DNA from: Thermoanaerobaculia bacterium
GTDB lineage: Bacteria > Acidobacteriota > Thermoanaerobaculia > Multivoradales > Multivoraceae
Direction of reading: 5' to 3'
NCBI GenBank assembly: GCA_963666565.1
Contig: OY762911.1
Location: 480,001-544,000, forward strand
Length of the DNA: 64,000 nucleotides
In this document: piece after piece, positions 31,583 to 40,765 of the stretch
Numbering within the stretch: the stretch's first letter is position 1
Layout: each line of letters begins with the position of its first letter
Position numbers and translations under genes: made by a program
The notes under the pieces: model-generated
Databases searched by the model: none
Seen by the model: the letters and a program-made list of their open reading frames with translations, nothing else
Told to the model about the DNA's origin: nothing

Positions 31583-32356
31583 CTAGCGGCTGAACCGGCC
31601 CACGAAGGTGCTCCGCTTGCCGGGGCTCTTCCAGGTGGCGTCCAGGCCCGGACCCTGCCAGGTGTGTTCGAGGGCGACCCCGGGCATCGCCCCGTCGGTC
31701 GGCGCCAGCGGCGGATAGAAGACGATCTCGTTGCCGCACAGGTGGTCCCGGTGGTCGAGTGGACGGGTCCTGACCGCGACCATGTCGCCGGCGGTGACGG
31801 ACGCCTCCCCGTTCGGCCGCAGGTCGAAGGCGACCTCCGCCGTCTCGATTCCGGCCACGTCCGACACGAGATCCCCGCCCATGCCGCGCGCGAAGCCCTC
31901 GAGCGCCGACCGCTGCGACGGATCAGCGCCGGCATCGACGATCAGGACGGACTCCGTGGCTCGCGCTTCGACGTACGGATCTCCGAGCGTGGCGTCCGAG
32001 CGCACGATGGCCAGCACCGAGAGGCCCGAGAGGTCGACCCCGTCCCAGCCGCCCTCCTCGATCCGCCAGGCCATGACCGCCTCGTTGCCCACGAGCCCGA
32101 CCTCCGAGTTGGCGAAGCAGGGCCCGGTGTAGACGTCGGCGGTGCGCGCCTCGACGTAGCTCCCCGCGACGCCGGCGGCCGCGGCCGCGGCCGCGGCCGC
32201 GGCCGGCAGCAGGACGAGAAGCAGGGCCGCGACCGGCACGGCCGCCCGTCCACGAGCCGGCGCCTTGCGCCGGATGCCGGCCAGCGCGCCGGCGCACCCC
32301 GTCCGGGCCGCGCAGGCGCTCGGCAGACGCTGACCAAGCAGTGAAGCGAATCTCAT
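31583..32356 (-). CDS. exported DUF1326-like protein
   Basis: GSYVEARTADVYTGPCFANSE...HLCGNE..FYPPL after a hydrophobic signal-like segment. Start uncertain. Confidence 0.7.
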   Translation of the reverse strand: MRFASLLGQRLPSACAARTGCAGALAGIRRKAPARGRAAVPVAALLLVLLPAAAAAAAAAAGVAGSYVEARTADVYTGPCFANSEVGLVGNEAVMAWRIEEGGWDGVDLSGLSVLAIVRSDATLGDPYVEARATESVLIVDAGADPSQRSALEGFARGMGGDLVSDVAGIETAEVAFDLRPNGEASVTAGDMVAVRTRPLDHRDHLCGNEIVFYPPLAPTDGAMPGVALEHTWQGPGLDATWKSPGKRSTFVGRFSR

Positions 32357-32613
32357 GTCGGCAAGTCTCCGTTGCTGCGGCCGTGGCTCTCGAAGCAGCC
32401 GCGGCCCTCCCGGCATCGTTCCCTGGACGCTACCGCGCCGTCGGGGCCGAGACAGTTCATGCTGTGGGTACACCAGACGAAGCCGTCGTCGATCTCGTGC
32501 TGCGGGTCGACGTCGGCATCCGGCGGCGCCGGCGCCAGCGCCATGAACATCGTCTTCCACCGCAGCCTGCGGCAGAGTTGCGGCGTCCGGGCAGCGGGCA
32601 ATCGGTCGGCCAT
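32353..32613 (-). CDS. small cysteine-rich hypothetical protein
   Basis: 86 aa with 5 Cys (LCRRLRWK; WCTHSMNCLGPDG; RCREGRGCF), tightly packed between its neighbours. Confidence 0.7.
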   Translation of the reverse strand: MADRLPAARTPQLCRRLRWKTMFMALAPAPPDADVDPQHEIDDGFVWCTHSMNCLGPDGAVASRERCREGRGCFESHGRSNGDLPT

Positions 32614-32615
32614 CG

Positions 32616-33593
32616 CTATCGAATCTCCATCCCGGCGGCTCGCTCGAGCGCGCGCTTCGCCGCGGTCCGCGCAAGCTGGACCTTGTACCGGTTGCCGCTC
32701 ATCGGCCGGGCGCCTTCCACCGCGGCCTCCGCGGCCGCGGCCATCGTCTCCGCCGTCAACTCCCGGCCAGCCAGCGAGTCGCCCGCGGCCGTCGCCAGGT
32801 ACGGCGCCGGCGCCGCGTGACCCAGCACGATCCGGGCCAGCTCCACCCGCGTCCCGGAGCCGCGGAGCGCGACCGCGGCCGTCATCAGCGGCCAGTCCAG
32901 CGAGCGGCGCTGCCGGACTTCGTACACGGCCGACCGGGATCCGCCGACGTTCGCTTCGACGCCGGCGAGGAGCTCGCCCGGGGCCAGCGTGTTCTCGCGT
33001 TCTCCCGGGGCCTGGGGCGCCCGGTACAGCGCCTCCACCGGCAGCCGGCGTTCACCGGCCGGCCCGTGCACCACCGCTTCGGCCCCGAGCGCGACCAGCA
33101 GCGGCGCCAAGCCGGAGGGATGGACGAAGCGGGCCTCGCCCTCCGGGAAGATCGCGTGGTAGCGGTTGTCGCCCGCCGCCACCATCGAGCTGCCGTCCGC
33201 CGCCAGCGCCAGCAGGCCGAAGCCCCGCCGGTAGTACCAGCAGCGGGGACGCTGCAGCAGGTCGCCGCCGACCGTGCCCATCTCCCGCAACTGCGGGCTG
33301 GCCACGCCGTCGATGGCGACCGCGAGCGCCGGCAGGGCGGCTATCGCTTCTTCGCGATCGCGCAACTCCTGCAGCGTCGTCATCGCACCGATCCGGAGCG
33401 CGCCGCCGTCCACTTCGATGCCCGAAAGCCCCGCGACTCCCCGAAGAGCGACCAGCCGGTCGACCCTCTCGACGTCGTCCTTCAGCAGGCCAAGCAGGTC
33501 CGTGCCGCCGGCCAGCGCCTCGCTGCCCTCCGCTTCGAGCAGGCTCACCGCCTGCTCCACGGTCGCCGGCGCGGCGTAGGCGAAGGGGCGCAT
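32616..33593 (-). CDS. xanthine dehydrogenase family FAD-binding subunit
   Basis: AGGTDL, IGAMTTL, SPQLREMGTVGG and NRYK motifs. Confidence 0.92.
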   Translation of the reverse strand: MRPFAYAAPATVEQAVSLLEAEGSEALAGGTDLLGLLKDDVERVDRLVALRGVAGLSGIEVDGGALRIGAMTTLQELRDREEAIAALPALAVAIDGVASPQLREMGTVGGDLLQRPRCWYYRRGFGLLALAADGSSMVAAGDNRYHAIFPEGEARFVHPSGLAPLLVALGAEAVVHGPAGERRLPVEALYRAPQAPGERENTLAPGELLAGVEANVGGSRSAVYEVRQRRSLDWPLMTAAVALRGSGTRVELARIVLGHAAPAPYLATAAGDSLAGRELTAETMAAAAEAAVEGARPMSGNRYKVQLARTAAKRALERAAGMEIR

Positions 33594-35722
33594 CAGGCTG
33601 GCCCTCCGCGTCCGGCCAGCGCGTCCAGCACCCGGTCGGGCGTCAGCGGCAGGTAGGGCACCCGGACGCCGATCGCGTTCGCCACCGCGTTGCCGATGGC
33701 GGCGCCGGGCGAGATGACCGGCGGTTCGCCCAGGCCGATCACGCCGCGGTCTTCGTAGCCCGGGCCGGTCATCATGTGGACCTCGAGCGACCCGACGTCG
33801 ACCAGGCCGGCCAGCTTGTAGAACTCCATGTCCGCGTTGAGCAGCCGGCCGCTCACGGGGTCCGGAATCCACTCCTCGTAGAGCGCGTAGCCGACGCCCA
33901 TGATCAGACCGCCGTAGACCTGGCTCTCGGCCAGCCGCCGATTGACGATCAGGCCGCAGTCCTGGACCGCGATCATCCGCTCGACCTGGACCACGCCGGT
34001 CTCCATGTCGACCTCCACCTCGGCGATCTGGACGCCGCCGACGCCGCTCGAGATCAGCCGGCCGGGGCCGGGGTTCCGCCCCTGGACGCCGATGGGCGCG
34101 CCACCGATCGACGCCGCCGCCTCCCGCCACGAGATGCCGCGCGAGGGGTCGCCGTCCACGAACACGCGGCCGCCCTCGGCGACGAGTCGCTCCGGCTCGG
34201 CCTCCAGCCGCGGCGCGACGTGGACGAGCACCTCGCGCAGCGCATCCTGAGCAGCCCGCCGGGTCGAGGCGGTCACTCCGCCGACCGTCGAACTGCCACC
34301 GGACGGGCCCGACTGCGGATACACGTTGTCGCCCAGCGACACCTTCACCTGGTCCAGTTCAAGGCCGAACGTCTCGGCCAGTACCTGGCCCACGATCGTG
34401 CGCGTCCCCGTGCCGATGTCCTGGCTGCCGATCCGCGCCTCGACCGCACCGTCCGGATGAACCGTCACGTCGCAGTTGCTCGAGTGCCCGCGCCCGCCCC
34501 AGGTATGGATCGAGACGCCGAGCCCGCGCTGCACCGCGCCCTCGCGCGTTCGTCCGCGCGGCTGCCAGCGCTCCTTCCAGGACGCCATCTCGGCGGCGAT
34601 CGCCAGTTCCTCCCGGTAGGTGTCCGCCCGGCCGGTCAGGTCCAGGTTCCGCTCGAGAAAGTCGATCGGGTCGAGACCGAGTTCGTCCGCCAGGTCGTCC
34701 AGCACGGACATCGTCAGGAAGCAGGCCTGCGGATGGTTCGGCGCCCGCCAGGCCCTCGAACCGGCCAGGTTCGTGGGCACGGAGGTGTGGCGCAGGCGCC
34801 GGTTCGGCACCCGGCTGAAGACGTACGGCAGGGGCGTCTGGCCGGTGCCCGGCAGTCCTCCCGATCCCCAGGAGTCCGAGTCCCAGGCCACCAGTTTGCC
34901 TTGCTCGTCGGCCGCCGCCCGGATGCAGGCGAAGGCGGAGGGCCGGCTGCCGGCGACGGTGACTTCCTGGTCCCGCTCGAGGAAGAGCTTTACCGGCGCG
35001 CCCGCCTCGCGCGCCAGTTCGGCGCCGACGATGCCCCACCGGTCGGGCGAGAACTTGGAACCGAAGCCGCCGCCCATGTACTCGGTGCGGATCCGCACCT
35101 GGCTCGCCGGTACGCCGAGTTCCGTGGCGAACTGCCCGGCGAGGGTCGAGACCGCCTGGGTCGAGGCGTGAACCTCCAGTTCGTCGCCGTCCCAGGAGCA
35201 GACCTGGCCGTGCGGCTCCAGGCACATGTGGGCCATCTGCGGCATGCCGAGCGTCCGCTCGACCGTGCGATGCGCGGCGGCGAAGGCGGCGTCGGGGTCG
35301 CCCTCCGTCCGCTCGCCGGCCGCGCTGGCGCCGGGCGCCCGATCGCGATCCTCCTCCGTGACGAAGTGCGGCAGGACCTCGTAGTCCACGCGAATCGCCC
35401 GCACCGCGTCCCGAGCGATGTCCTCGGTCTCGGCGGCGACGGCCGCGATCTCGTCCCCGGCCCACTGGATCTCGGCGCCCTCGCCCTGGATCACCTGGAC
35501 CACCCGGACGCCGGGCATGGCCTCGGCGGCCGAGACGTCGATCCCGGCGATCCGCGCGTGGGCGTGCGGGCAGGTCAGGATCCTGGCCGCCAGCAGGCCC
35601 GGCGGGTTCTGGTCGGACGGGTACTTCGCGAACCCGGTCGACTTGACCGGCCCGTCCAGCCGCGCCGGCCGGGCGCCGATCTGGGCCCGGCGATCCGCCT
35701 CGGGCCAGGAGTAGTCAGCCAC
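33593..35722 (-). CDS. xanthine dehydrogenase family molybdopterin-binding subunit
   Basis: GGGFGSK, WRAP, DIGTG, SGGS and GLGEP motifs. Confidence 0.93.
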   Translation of the reverse strand: MADYSWPEADRRAQIGARPARLDGPVKSTGFAKYPSDQNPPGLLAARILTCPHAHARIAGIDVSAAEAMPGVRVVQVIQGEGAEIQWAGDEIAAVAAETEDIARDAVRAIRVDYEVLPHFVTEEDRDRAPGASAAGERTEGDPDAAFAAAHRTVERTLGMPQMAHMCLEPHGQVCSWDGDELEVHASTQAVSTLAGQFATELGVPASQVRIRTEYMGGGFGSKFSPDRWGIVGAELAREAGAPVKLFLERDQEVTVAGSRPSAFACIRAAADEQGKLVAWDSDSWGSGGLPGTGQTPLPYVFSRVPNRRLRHTSVPTNLAGSRAWRAPNHPQACFLTMSVLDDLADELGLDPIDFLERNLDLTGRADTYREELAIAAEMASWKERWQPRGRTREGAVQRGLGVSIHTWGGRGHSSNCDVTVHPDGAVEARIGSQDIGTGTRTIVGQVLAETFGLELDQVKVSLGDNVYPQSGPSGGSSTVGGVTASTRRAAQDALREVLVHVAPRLEAEPERLVAEGGRVFVDGDPSRGISWREAAASIGGAPIGVQGRNPGPGRLISSGVGGVQIAEVEVDMETGVVQVERMIAVQDCGLIVNRRLAESQVYGGLIMGVGYALYEEWIPDPVSGRLLNADMEFYKLAGLVDVGSLEVHMMTGPGYEDRGVIGLGEPPVISPGAAIGNAVANAIGVRVPYLPLTPDRVLDALAGRGGPA

Positions 35723-36368
35723 GGCTCGCTCCGCCGGTCACGCCCCCGGCCACGACGTCCCGGATGCCCTTGTAGGTCCCGCAGCGGCAGAAGTTGCCGC
35801 CCAGGCCCGCTTCGATCTCCGGCTCGGAGGGGTCCGGGTGACGGTCGAGCAGCGCCGCCGCCGCCACGACGAAGCCGGGCGTGCAGTAGCCGCACTGCTG
35901 GGCGTCGTTCTCCACGAACGCGCGCTGCACGTCGTGCATCGCGTCCGGCGAGCCAAGGCCCTCGACCGTCACGATGCCGCGGCCCGCCGACTCGATCATC
36001 AGCCGGCTGCAGGCATAGATCGGGCGGCCGTCCTCGAGCACGGTGCAGGCGCCGCAGGTTCCGCGGTCGCAGACCCGCTTGGGACCGGTCACGTCCAGCC
36101 GGTCGCGCAGACCGTCGAGCAGGGTGACCCGCGGTTCCACCGCCAGCCGGCGCGCGGCGCCGTTCACTTCGAGTTCGATCTCGACCGCGCCCGGGCCGAC
36201 CGTTTCCGCCGCGTCCGCGTCGTTCGCGGCCGCGGCCCCGGCGGCCTCGCCGCCCAGAAGGCCGCCGGCAAGACCGCCCGAGAGCGCGCCCGCCGCGCCG
36301 CCGCGCAGGAACGACCGGCGAGAGAATCCTGACCGCTTTGCGTCGTCCGTCACGCGCCTGCCCTTCAT
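35715..36368 (-). CDS. (2Fe-2S)-binding subunit with Tat signal
   Basis: SRRSFL twin-arginine signal, CDRGTCGAC, QCGYC and CRC motifs. Confidence 0.92.
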   Translation of the reverse strand: MKGRRVTDDAKRSGFSRRSFLRGGAAGALSGGLAGGLLGGEAAGAAAANDADAAETVGPGAVEIELEVNGAARRLAVEPRVTLLDGLRDRLDVTGPKRVCDRGTCGACTVLEDGRPIYACSRLMIESAGRGIVTVEGLGSPDAMHDVQRAFVENDAQQCGYCTPGFVVAAAALLDRHPDPSEPEIEAGLGGNFCRCGTYKGIRDVVAGGVTGGASRG

Positions 36369-36432
36369 TCGTGCGAAGTGGAACCCGCCACTGTACCAGT
36401 TGGCGCGCCGCCAACGTCCCTACGGGTGTCCG

Positions 36433-36477
36433 CTGGGTGCGCGGGTCTTCCGACCCGCTGCCGCCGAAGGCGGCCAG
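36433..36477 (+). repeat. REP-like double-hairpin element
   Basis: CTGGGTGCGCGGGTCTTCCGACCCGCTGCCGCCGAAGGCGGCCAG. Confidence 0.85.
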
Positions 36478-36517
36478 TTCCATGGACGGCGACGCTGCGA
36501 TCCCGCAGCGTCGACTC

Positions 36518-37639
36518 CTACGAACTCGCGCCCGCGTCGCGGCGCCGAAGCCGGCGGCACACCTCGACGAACTGCGCCAGCCCGTCCGCGGTCAGCATGC
36601 CCTGCAGTTCGTGGTCGCGAACGACCCAGAGCGCCCGCGCCGGGCTTTGCAGCTCCCGCAGCACGTCCAGCAGGTCGCAATCCTCGGCCACCGTCCGCGG
36701 CTCGCGGTTCATCAGTTCCAGCAGCGGCGTGTCGGCCGGGAAGCGGGCCATCAACTCGAGCAGGCGGTCGCGGTCCACTTCGCCGGCCACCCGTCCCCAG
36801 CCGTCGACCACCGGGAACTGCCGCTGGGTGGTCGAGAGCAGCAGGCGGACCGCCCACTCGATCGTGTCCTGGGGCGCCAGGCGCTCGCAGCGCGTCATCA
36901 TCGCCTCGCGCGCCCGGCGGCCCTGCAGCGCCTGGAGCGTCTTGACCAGGGACGACTCCCGGCTCGCCCCCAGCAGAACGAAGAACGCCGTCAGGATGAG
37001 GAACAGGTTGAACGCCAACCCCATCTGCCAGGGAACCAGAGCCGCCAGGCCGAGAAGGCCGGCGAGCAACATGCCCAGGCGGGTCGCCACCTTCGTCGCC
37101 CGCTCCTGGCCCATGGCGAACGAGAGCGCCGAGCGGAGGATGCGGCCGCCGTCCAGCGGGAACGCGGGCAGCAGGTTGAGCCCGAACAGGCACAGGTTGC
37201 CGACCAGCAGCCACTGCAGCGCCGACGCCACGTCGATCACCGGCCCGGCGCCCAGCGCCGGCAGTCCCGCGGCCGTCAGCCCGACGAAGAGCACGATCGC
37301 CAGCGCCAGGTTGAGGAGCGGGCCGGCGGCCGCGATCGCCAGCTCCACCATGCCCTTCGGGTAGCCGTCCAGGCGGGCGACGCCGCAGACCGGCGTGAGG
37401 ACGATCTCCTTCGTCTCGATGCCGAAGCGGCGCGCCGTGAGGGCATGGCCGAGTTCGTGGACGATGACGCTCATCAGCAGGCCCACGACGACGAACGCCA
37501 GGAGGACGGCGCTGCTGCCCATGTCCGGCGCCAGCACCGCGAGCCAGATGAGCAGGAGGATGAACGTGAAGTGGATCCGCACCTGAATCCCGAACAGGGT
37601 CAGCATGTGGAAGGCGAGGCTGCGGACGAAAGGTCTCAT
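36518..37639 (-). CDS. site-2 protease (M50) with CBS domains
   Basis: HELGH, AAGP and NLLPAFPLDGG motifs, C-terminal CBS pair. Confidence 0.92.
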   Translation of the reverse strand: MRPFVRSLAFHMLTLFGIQVRIHFTFILLLIWLAVLAPDMGSSAVLLAFVVVGLLMSVIVHELGHALTARRFGIETKEIVLTPVCGVARLDGYPKGMVELAIAAAGPLLNLALAIVLFVGLTAAGLPALGAGPVIDVASALQWLLVGNLCLFGLNLLPAFPLDGGRILRSALSFAMGQERATKVATRLGMLLAGLLGLAALVPWQMGLAFNLFLILTAFFVLLGASRESSLVKTLQALQGRRAREAMMTRCERLAPQDTIEWAVRLLLSTTQRQFPVVDGWGRVAGEVDRDRLLELMARFPADTPLLELMNREPRTVAEDCDLLDVLRELQSPARALWVVRDHELQGMLTADGLAQFVEVCRRLRRRDAGASS

Positions 37640-38838
37640 CCCGCGCGGCCTCCGGCGGCCAGGGACGGCGCCGCGTCCGCGGTCGAACGGCCCAGAACGC
37701 GGACGATGCCTTCGATCCCGGAAGCCAGCGCCTCGTCGGCGCAGGCGAAGGAGATGCGGATGTGACCCTCGCAGCCGAAGGCGGAACCCGGCGTGACGGC
37801 GACCCGGGCCTCGTCCAGCAGGCGGCGGCAGAGGGAAGCCGAATCGGGACACGACTCGTCCAGGCAGGCCGTCACGTCCGGGAAGGCGTAGAAGGCGCCG
37901 GCCGGAGGCGGGCAGACCACCCCGGGCGCCCGCGCCAACTCCCGCAGCACGAGTTCCCGGCGGCGCGCGCAAGCCGCGACGAGCGCCGCCGACTCGGGCG
38001 GCTCCTCCGCCAGGACCGCTTCGGCTCCCGCCATCGCGAAGGAGGTCGCGTTCGAGGTCACGTGGCTCTGGACGGCGGCCGCCGCGGCCACCACCTCGGC
38101 CGAACCGAGCAGGTAGCCCACCCGCCAGCCGGTCATCGCGTAGCTCTTCGAGAAGGAGCCGACGAGCACCACCGTCTCCGGGTAGCGCTCCGCCAGCGCC
38201 GCGACGCTGGCGTGGCGCCGGCCGTCGTAGACGAAGCGCTCGTACGTCTCGTCGGAAATCAGGAGCGCTCCCCGCGCGGCGCAGGCCGAAGCCAAGCGCT
38301 CCAGATCGAGGGTGGAGGCGACGGCGCCGGTCGGATTGCATGGCGTGTTGACGATCACCGCCCGGGTCCGGTCCGTCATCGCCGCGATCAGGGGCCGCGC
38401 CCGGATGGCGAACCCGTCCTCCGGCGCCATCGGCACGGCGACCGCCTCGGCGCCGGCGAGCCGCACCTGGGCCGGGATGCTGACCCAGGCCGGAGTCGGT
38501 ACGACAGCCTCGTCGCCGGGACCCAGGAACGCCTGCGCGAGTTCGTACAGGGCCGCCTTGGCGCCCACGGCGACCAGCGCGTTGGCGGCGGTCCACGGCG
38601 CTCCCTCGGCGCGATACCGCTCCGCCAGAGCGCCTCTCAATTCGGCCGTCCCCTCCAGCACCGTATACTTCGTCCGGCCCTCGTCGAGGGCTCGCCGGGC
38701 AGCTTTCACGGCAGTCTCCGGCGAGGGGAAGTCCGGCTCTCCGGCGCCCAGGTCGAGGACCTCGACTCCCTCGCGGCGAAGCTCGGCAACCCGCCGGGAA
38801 ACCGCCATCGTGGCCGACTCGCGCTCACCGGAAGGCAT
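37636..38838 (-). CDS. PLP-dependent aspartate aminotransferase (class I/II)
   Basis: GEPDF, NTPCNPTG, SDETY and SFSKSYAMTGWRVG motifs. Confidence 0.92.
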   Translation of the reverse strand: MPSGERESATMAVSRRVAELRREGVEVLDLGAGEPDFPSPETAVKAARRALDEGRTKYTVLEGTAELRGALAERYRAEGAPWTAANALVAVGAKAALYELAQAFLGPGDEAVVPTPAWVSIPAQVRLAGAEAVAVPMAPEDGFAIRARPLIAAMTDRTRAVIVNTPCNPTGAVASTLDLERLASACAARGALLISDETYERFVYDGRRHASVAALAERYPETVVLVGSFSKSYAMTGWRVGYLLGSAEVVAAAAAVQSHVTSNATSFAMAGAEAVLAEEPPESAALVAACARRRELVLRELARAPGVVCPPPAGAFYAFPDVTACLDESCPDSASLCRRLLDEARVAVTPGSAFGCEGHIRISFACADEALASGIEGIVRVLGRSTADAAPSLAAGGRAG

Positions 38839-40747
38839 GAAGCAGGATCGTAACAGCAGCAAGGCGCTCGGGACGGGTTTCGTCCTCGCGGCGGCGCTGG
38901 GGCTGGCCGCGGCGGCGAGCGGACAGTTCAGGCCTCCGCCCAAGGCCTCCGTCGAGGCGGTCGCCGACCTCTCCTCCTACGCCGCCGGGACGCGCGCGCG
39001 GATCGCCGCCGTGGCGACCATCGACGACGGCTGGCACATCCAGAGCAACACGCCTAGCTTCGAGTACCTCATCCCGACCGAGCTCGCGCTGGAGCTGCCG
39101 GAAGGCTGGCCGGAACCCTCGGTCCGCTACCCCGCCCACGTCATGTGGCAGTCGCAATTCGAGGCGGACCCGCTCGCGGTCTACGAGTACGAAGCGGTCA
39201 TCCACGCGGAACTCGACCTGCCCGAGGACCTGGCCGCCGGTACGGTCGAGGCGCCGGTCGTGCTGCACTACCAGGCCTGCGACGACCTCGTCTGCCTGCC
39301 GCCGACGACCGCCGAGACGACGGTCCGCCTGGAGATCGGCGAGGCAGGCGAGCCGACGGGCCACCCCGCCTTCGAGGCCGCGCCGGCGCCGCCGTCGGGC
39401 GGGGGCGGCGGCATGAGCCTCCTCGCCGCGCTGATCCCGGCCCTGCTGGGCGGCCTGATTCTGAACGGCATGCCGTGCGTCCTGCCGATCGTCTCGCTCA
39501 AGCTCTTCGGGTTCGCCCAGGCGTCGGGCCGGCCCCGCCGGGAGATCGTGGGCGGCGCGCTGATGACGACGGTGGGCATCCTGGTCTCGTTCTGGGCACT
39601 GGCCGGCGCGACGCTCCTCGCCCGCTCGGCCGGGCAGGCGGTGGGATGGGGCATCCAGTTCCAGAACCCCGTGTTCGTGACCTTCCTGGCCCTGGTGCTC
39701 ACCCTGTTCACCCTGAACGTCTGGGGTCTGTTCGAGATCAATCTGCCGCACGCACTCGCCAACCGGCTGGGCGGCCATGGGCATGGGGGGCATTCGCACT
39801 CCGCGCCCGCCGCCGCCCACCGGGCCGGCGGCGGGGCCGGCTACTCCGGCCACTTCTTCTCCGGCGTGTTCGCCACCCTGATGGCCACGCCCTGCTCGGC
39901 GCCCTTCCTGGGCACCGCGGTCGGCTTCGCGCTGAGCCAGCCGGCGACCACGATCGTCTTCGTGTTCACCATGGTCGGGATCGGCCTCGCCACCCCGTAC
40001 CTGCTGCTGGCCGCCATGCCACGAGCCACGCGGCTGCTGCCCCGGCCCGGCGAGTGGATGGCGACGCTGCGAGGCGTGATGGGCTTTCTGATCGCCGGCA
40101 CGACGATCTGGCTGCTCTACGTGCTGGCGGCCCAGATGGACAGCGCCCGGCTCGCCTTCCTGGAGATCGGCCTGCTCACCCTGGCCCTCTTCATCTGGTT
40201 GCAGAGCCGGAGCCGGAAGATGAGGCTGCGCGTCTTCGGGCGCGCCGGCGCGGCCGCGGCGGCCGTCCTGGTGCTGCTGTTGGCGAACGGCGCGACCGCC
40301 CAGTCCCGCGGCCCCGGCGCCGCGGCGGGCGGCGTGCAGGTCCTGGACTGGGTGCCGTGGGACCCGGTCCAGGCCGAGACGCTCGCCGCCGAGGGCCGGC
40401 TTGTCTTCGTCGACGTCACCGCGGACTGGTGCGCGACCTGCAAGGTGAACGAGCGCCTGGTGCTCGAGACGGACGAGACGGCTGCGCTCTTCGACCGCTA
40501 CGAAGTGGTCGCGATGAAGGCCGACTGGACCAACCGGAACGACGACATTGCCCGCTACCTGGCGAGCTTCGGCCGCTACGGCATCCCGTTCTACGCGCTC
40601 TACCGGCCCGGCCAGGCGCCCCACGTGTTCAGCGAACTGCTGCGCGGCGGCCGACTGGAGGAAGCGGTCAGGAACTCGGCCGGCGACGGCACGGTAGGCA
40701 GCGGCACGGCCAGCGGCGGCGCAGTCGGCGGCGGACCCGCCGGCTGA
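38837..40747 (+). CDS. dsbD: protein-disulfide reductase DsbD family
   Basis: Signal peptide, N-domain ACDDLVC, transmembrane MPCVLP and TPCSAP, thioredoxin WCATC. Confidence 0.9.
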   Translation: MKQDRNSSKALGTGFVLAAALGLAAAASGQFRPPPKASVEAVADLSSYAAGTRARIAAVATIDDGWHIQSNTPSFEYLIPTELALELPEGWPEPSVRYPAHVMWQSQFEADPLAVYEYEAVIHAELDLPEDLAAGTVEAPVVLHYQACDDLVCLPPTTAETTVRLEIGEAGEPTGHPAFEAAPAPPSGGGGGMSLLAALIPALLGGLILNGMPCVLPIVSLKLFGFAQASGRPRREIVGGALMTTVGILVSFWALAGATLLARSAGQAVGWGIQFQNPVFVTFLALVLTLFTLNVWGLFEINLPHALANRLGGHGHGGHSHSAPAAAHRAGGGAGYSGHFFSGVFATLMATPCSAPFLGTAVGFALSQPATTIVFVFTMVGIGLATPYLLLAAMPRATRLLPRPGEWMATLRGVMGFLIAGTTIWLLYVLAAQMDSARLAFLEIGLLTLALFIWLQSRSRKMRLRVFGRAGAAAAAVLVLLLANGATAQSRGPGAAAGGVQVLDWVPWDPVQAETLAAEGRLVFVDVTADWCATCKVNERLVLETDETAALFDRYEVVAMKADWTNRNDDIARYLASFGRYGIPFYALYRPGQAPHVFSELLRGGRLEEAVRNSAGDGTVGSGTASGGAVGGGPAG

Positions 40748-40765
40748 GCGCAACCGCGGCCACGC

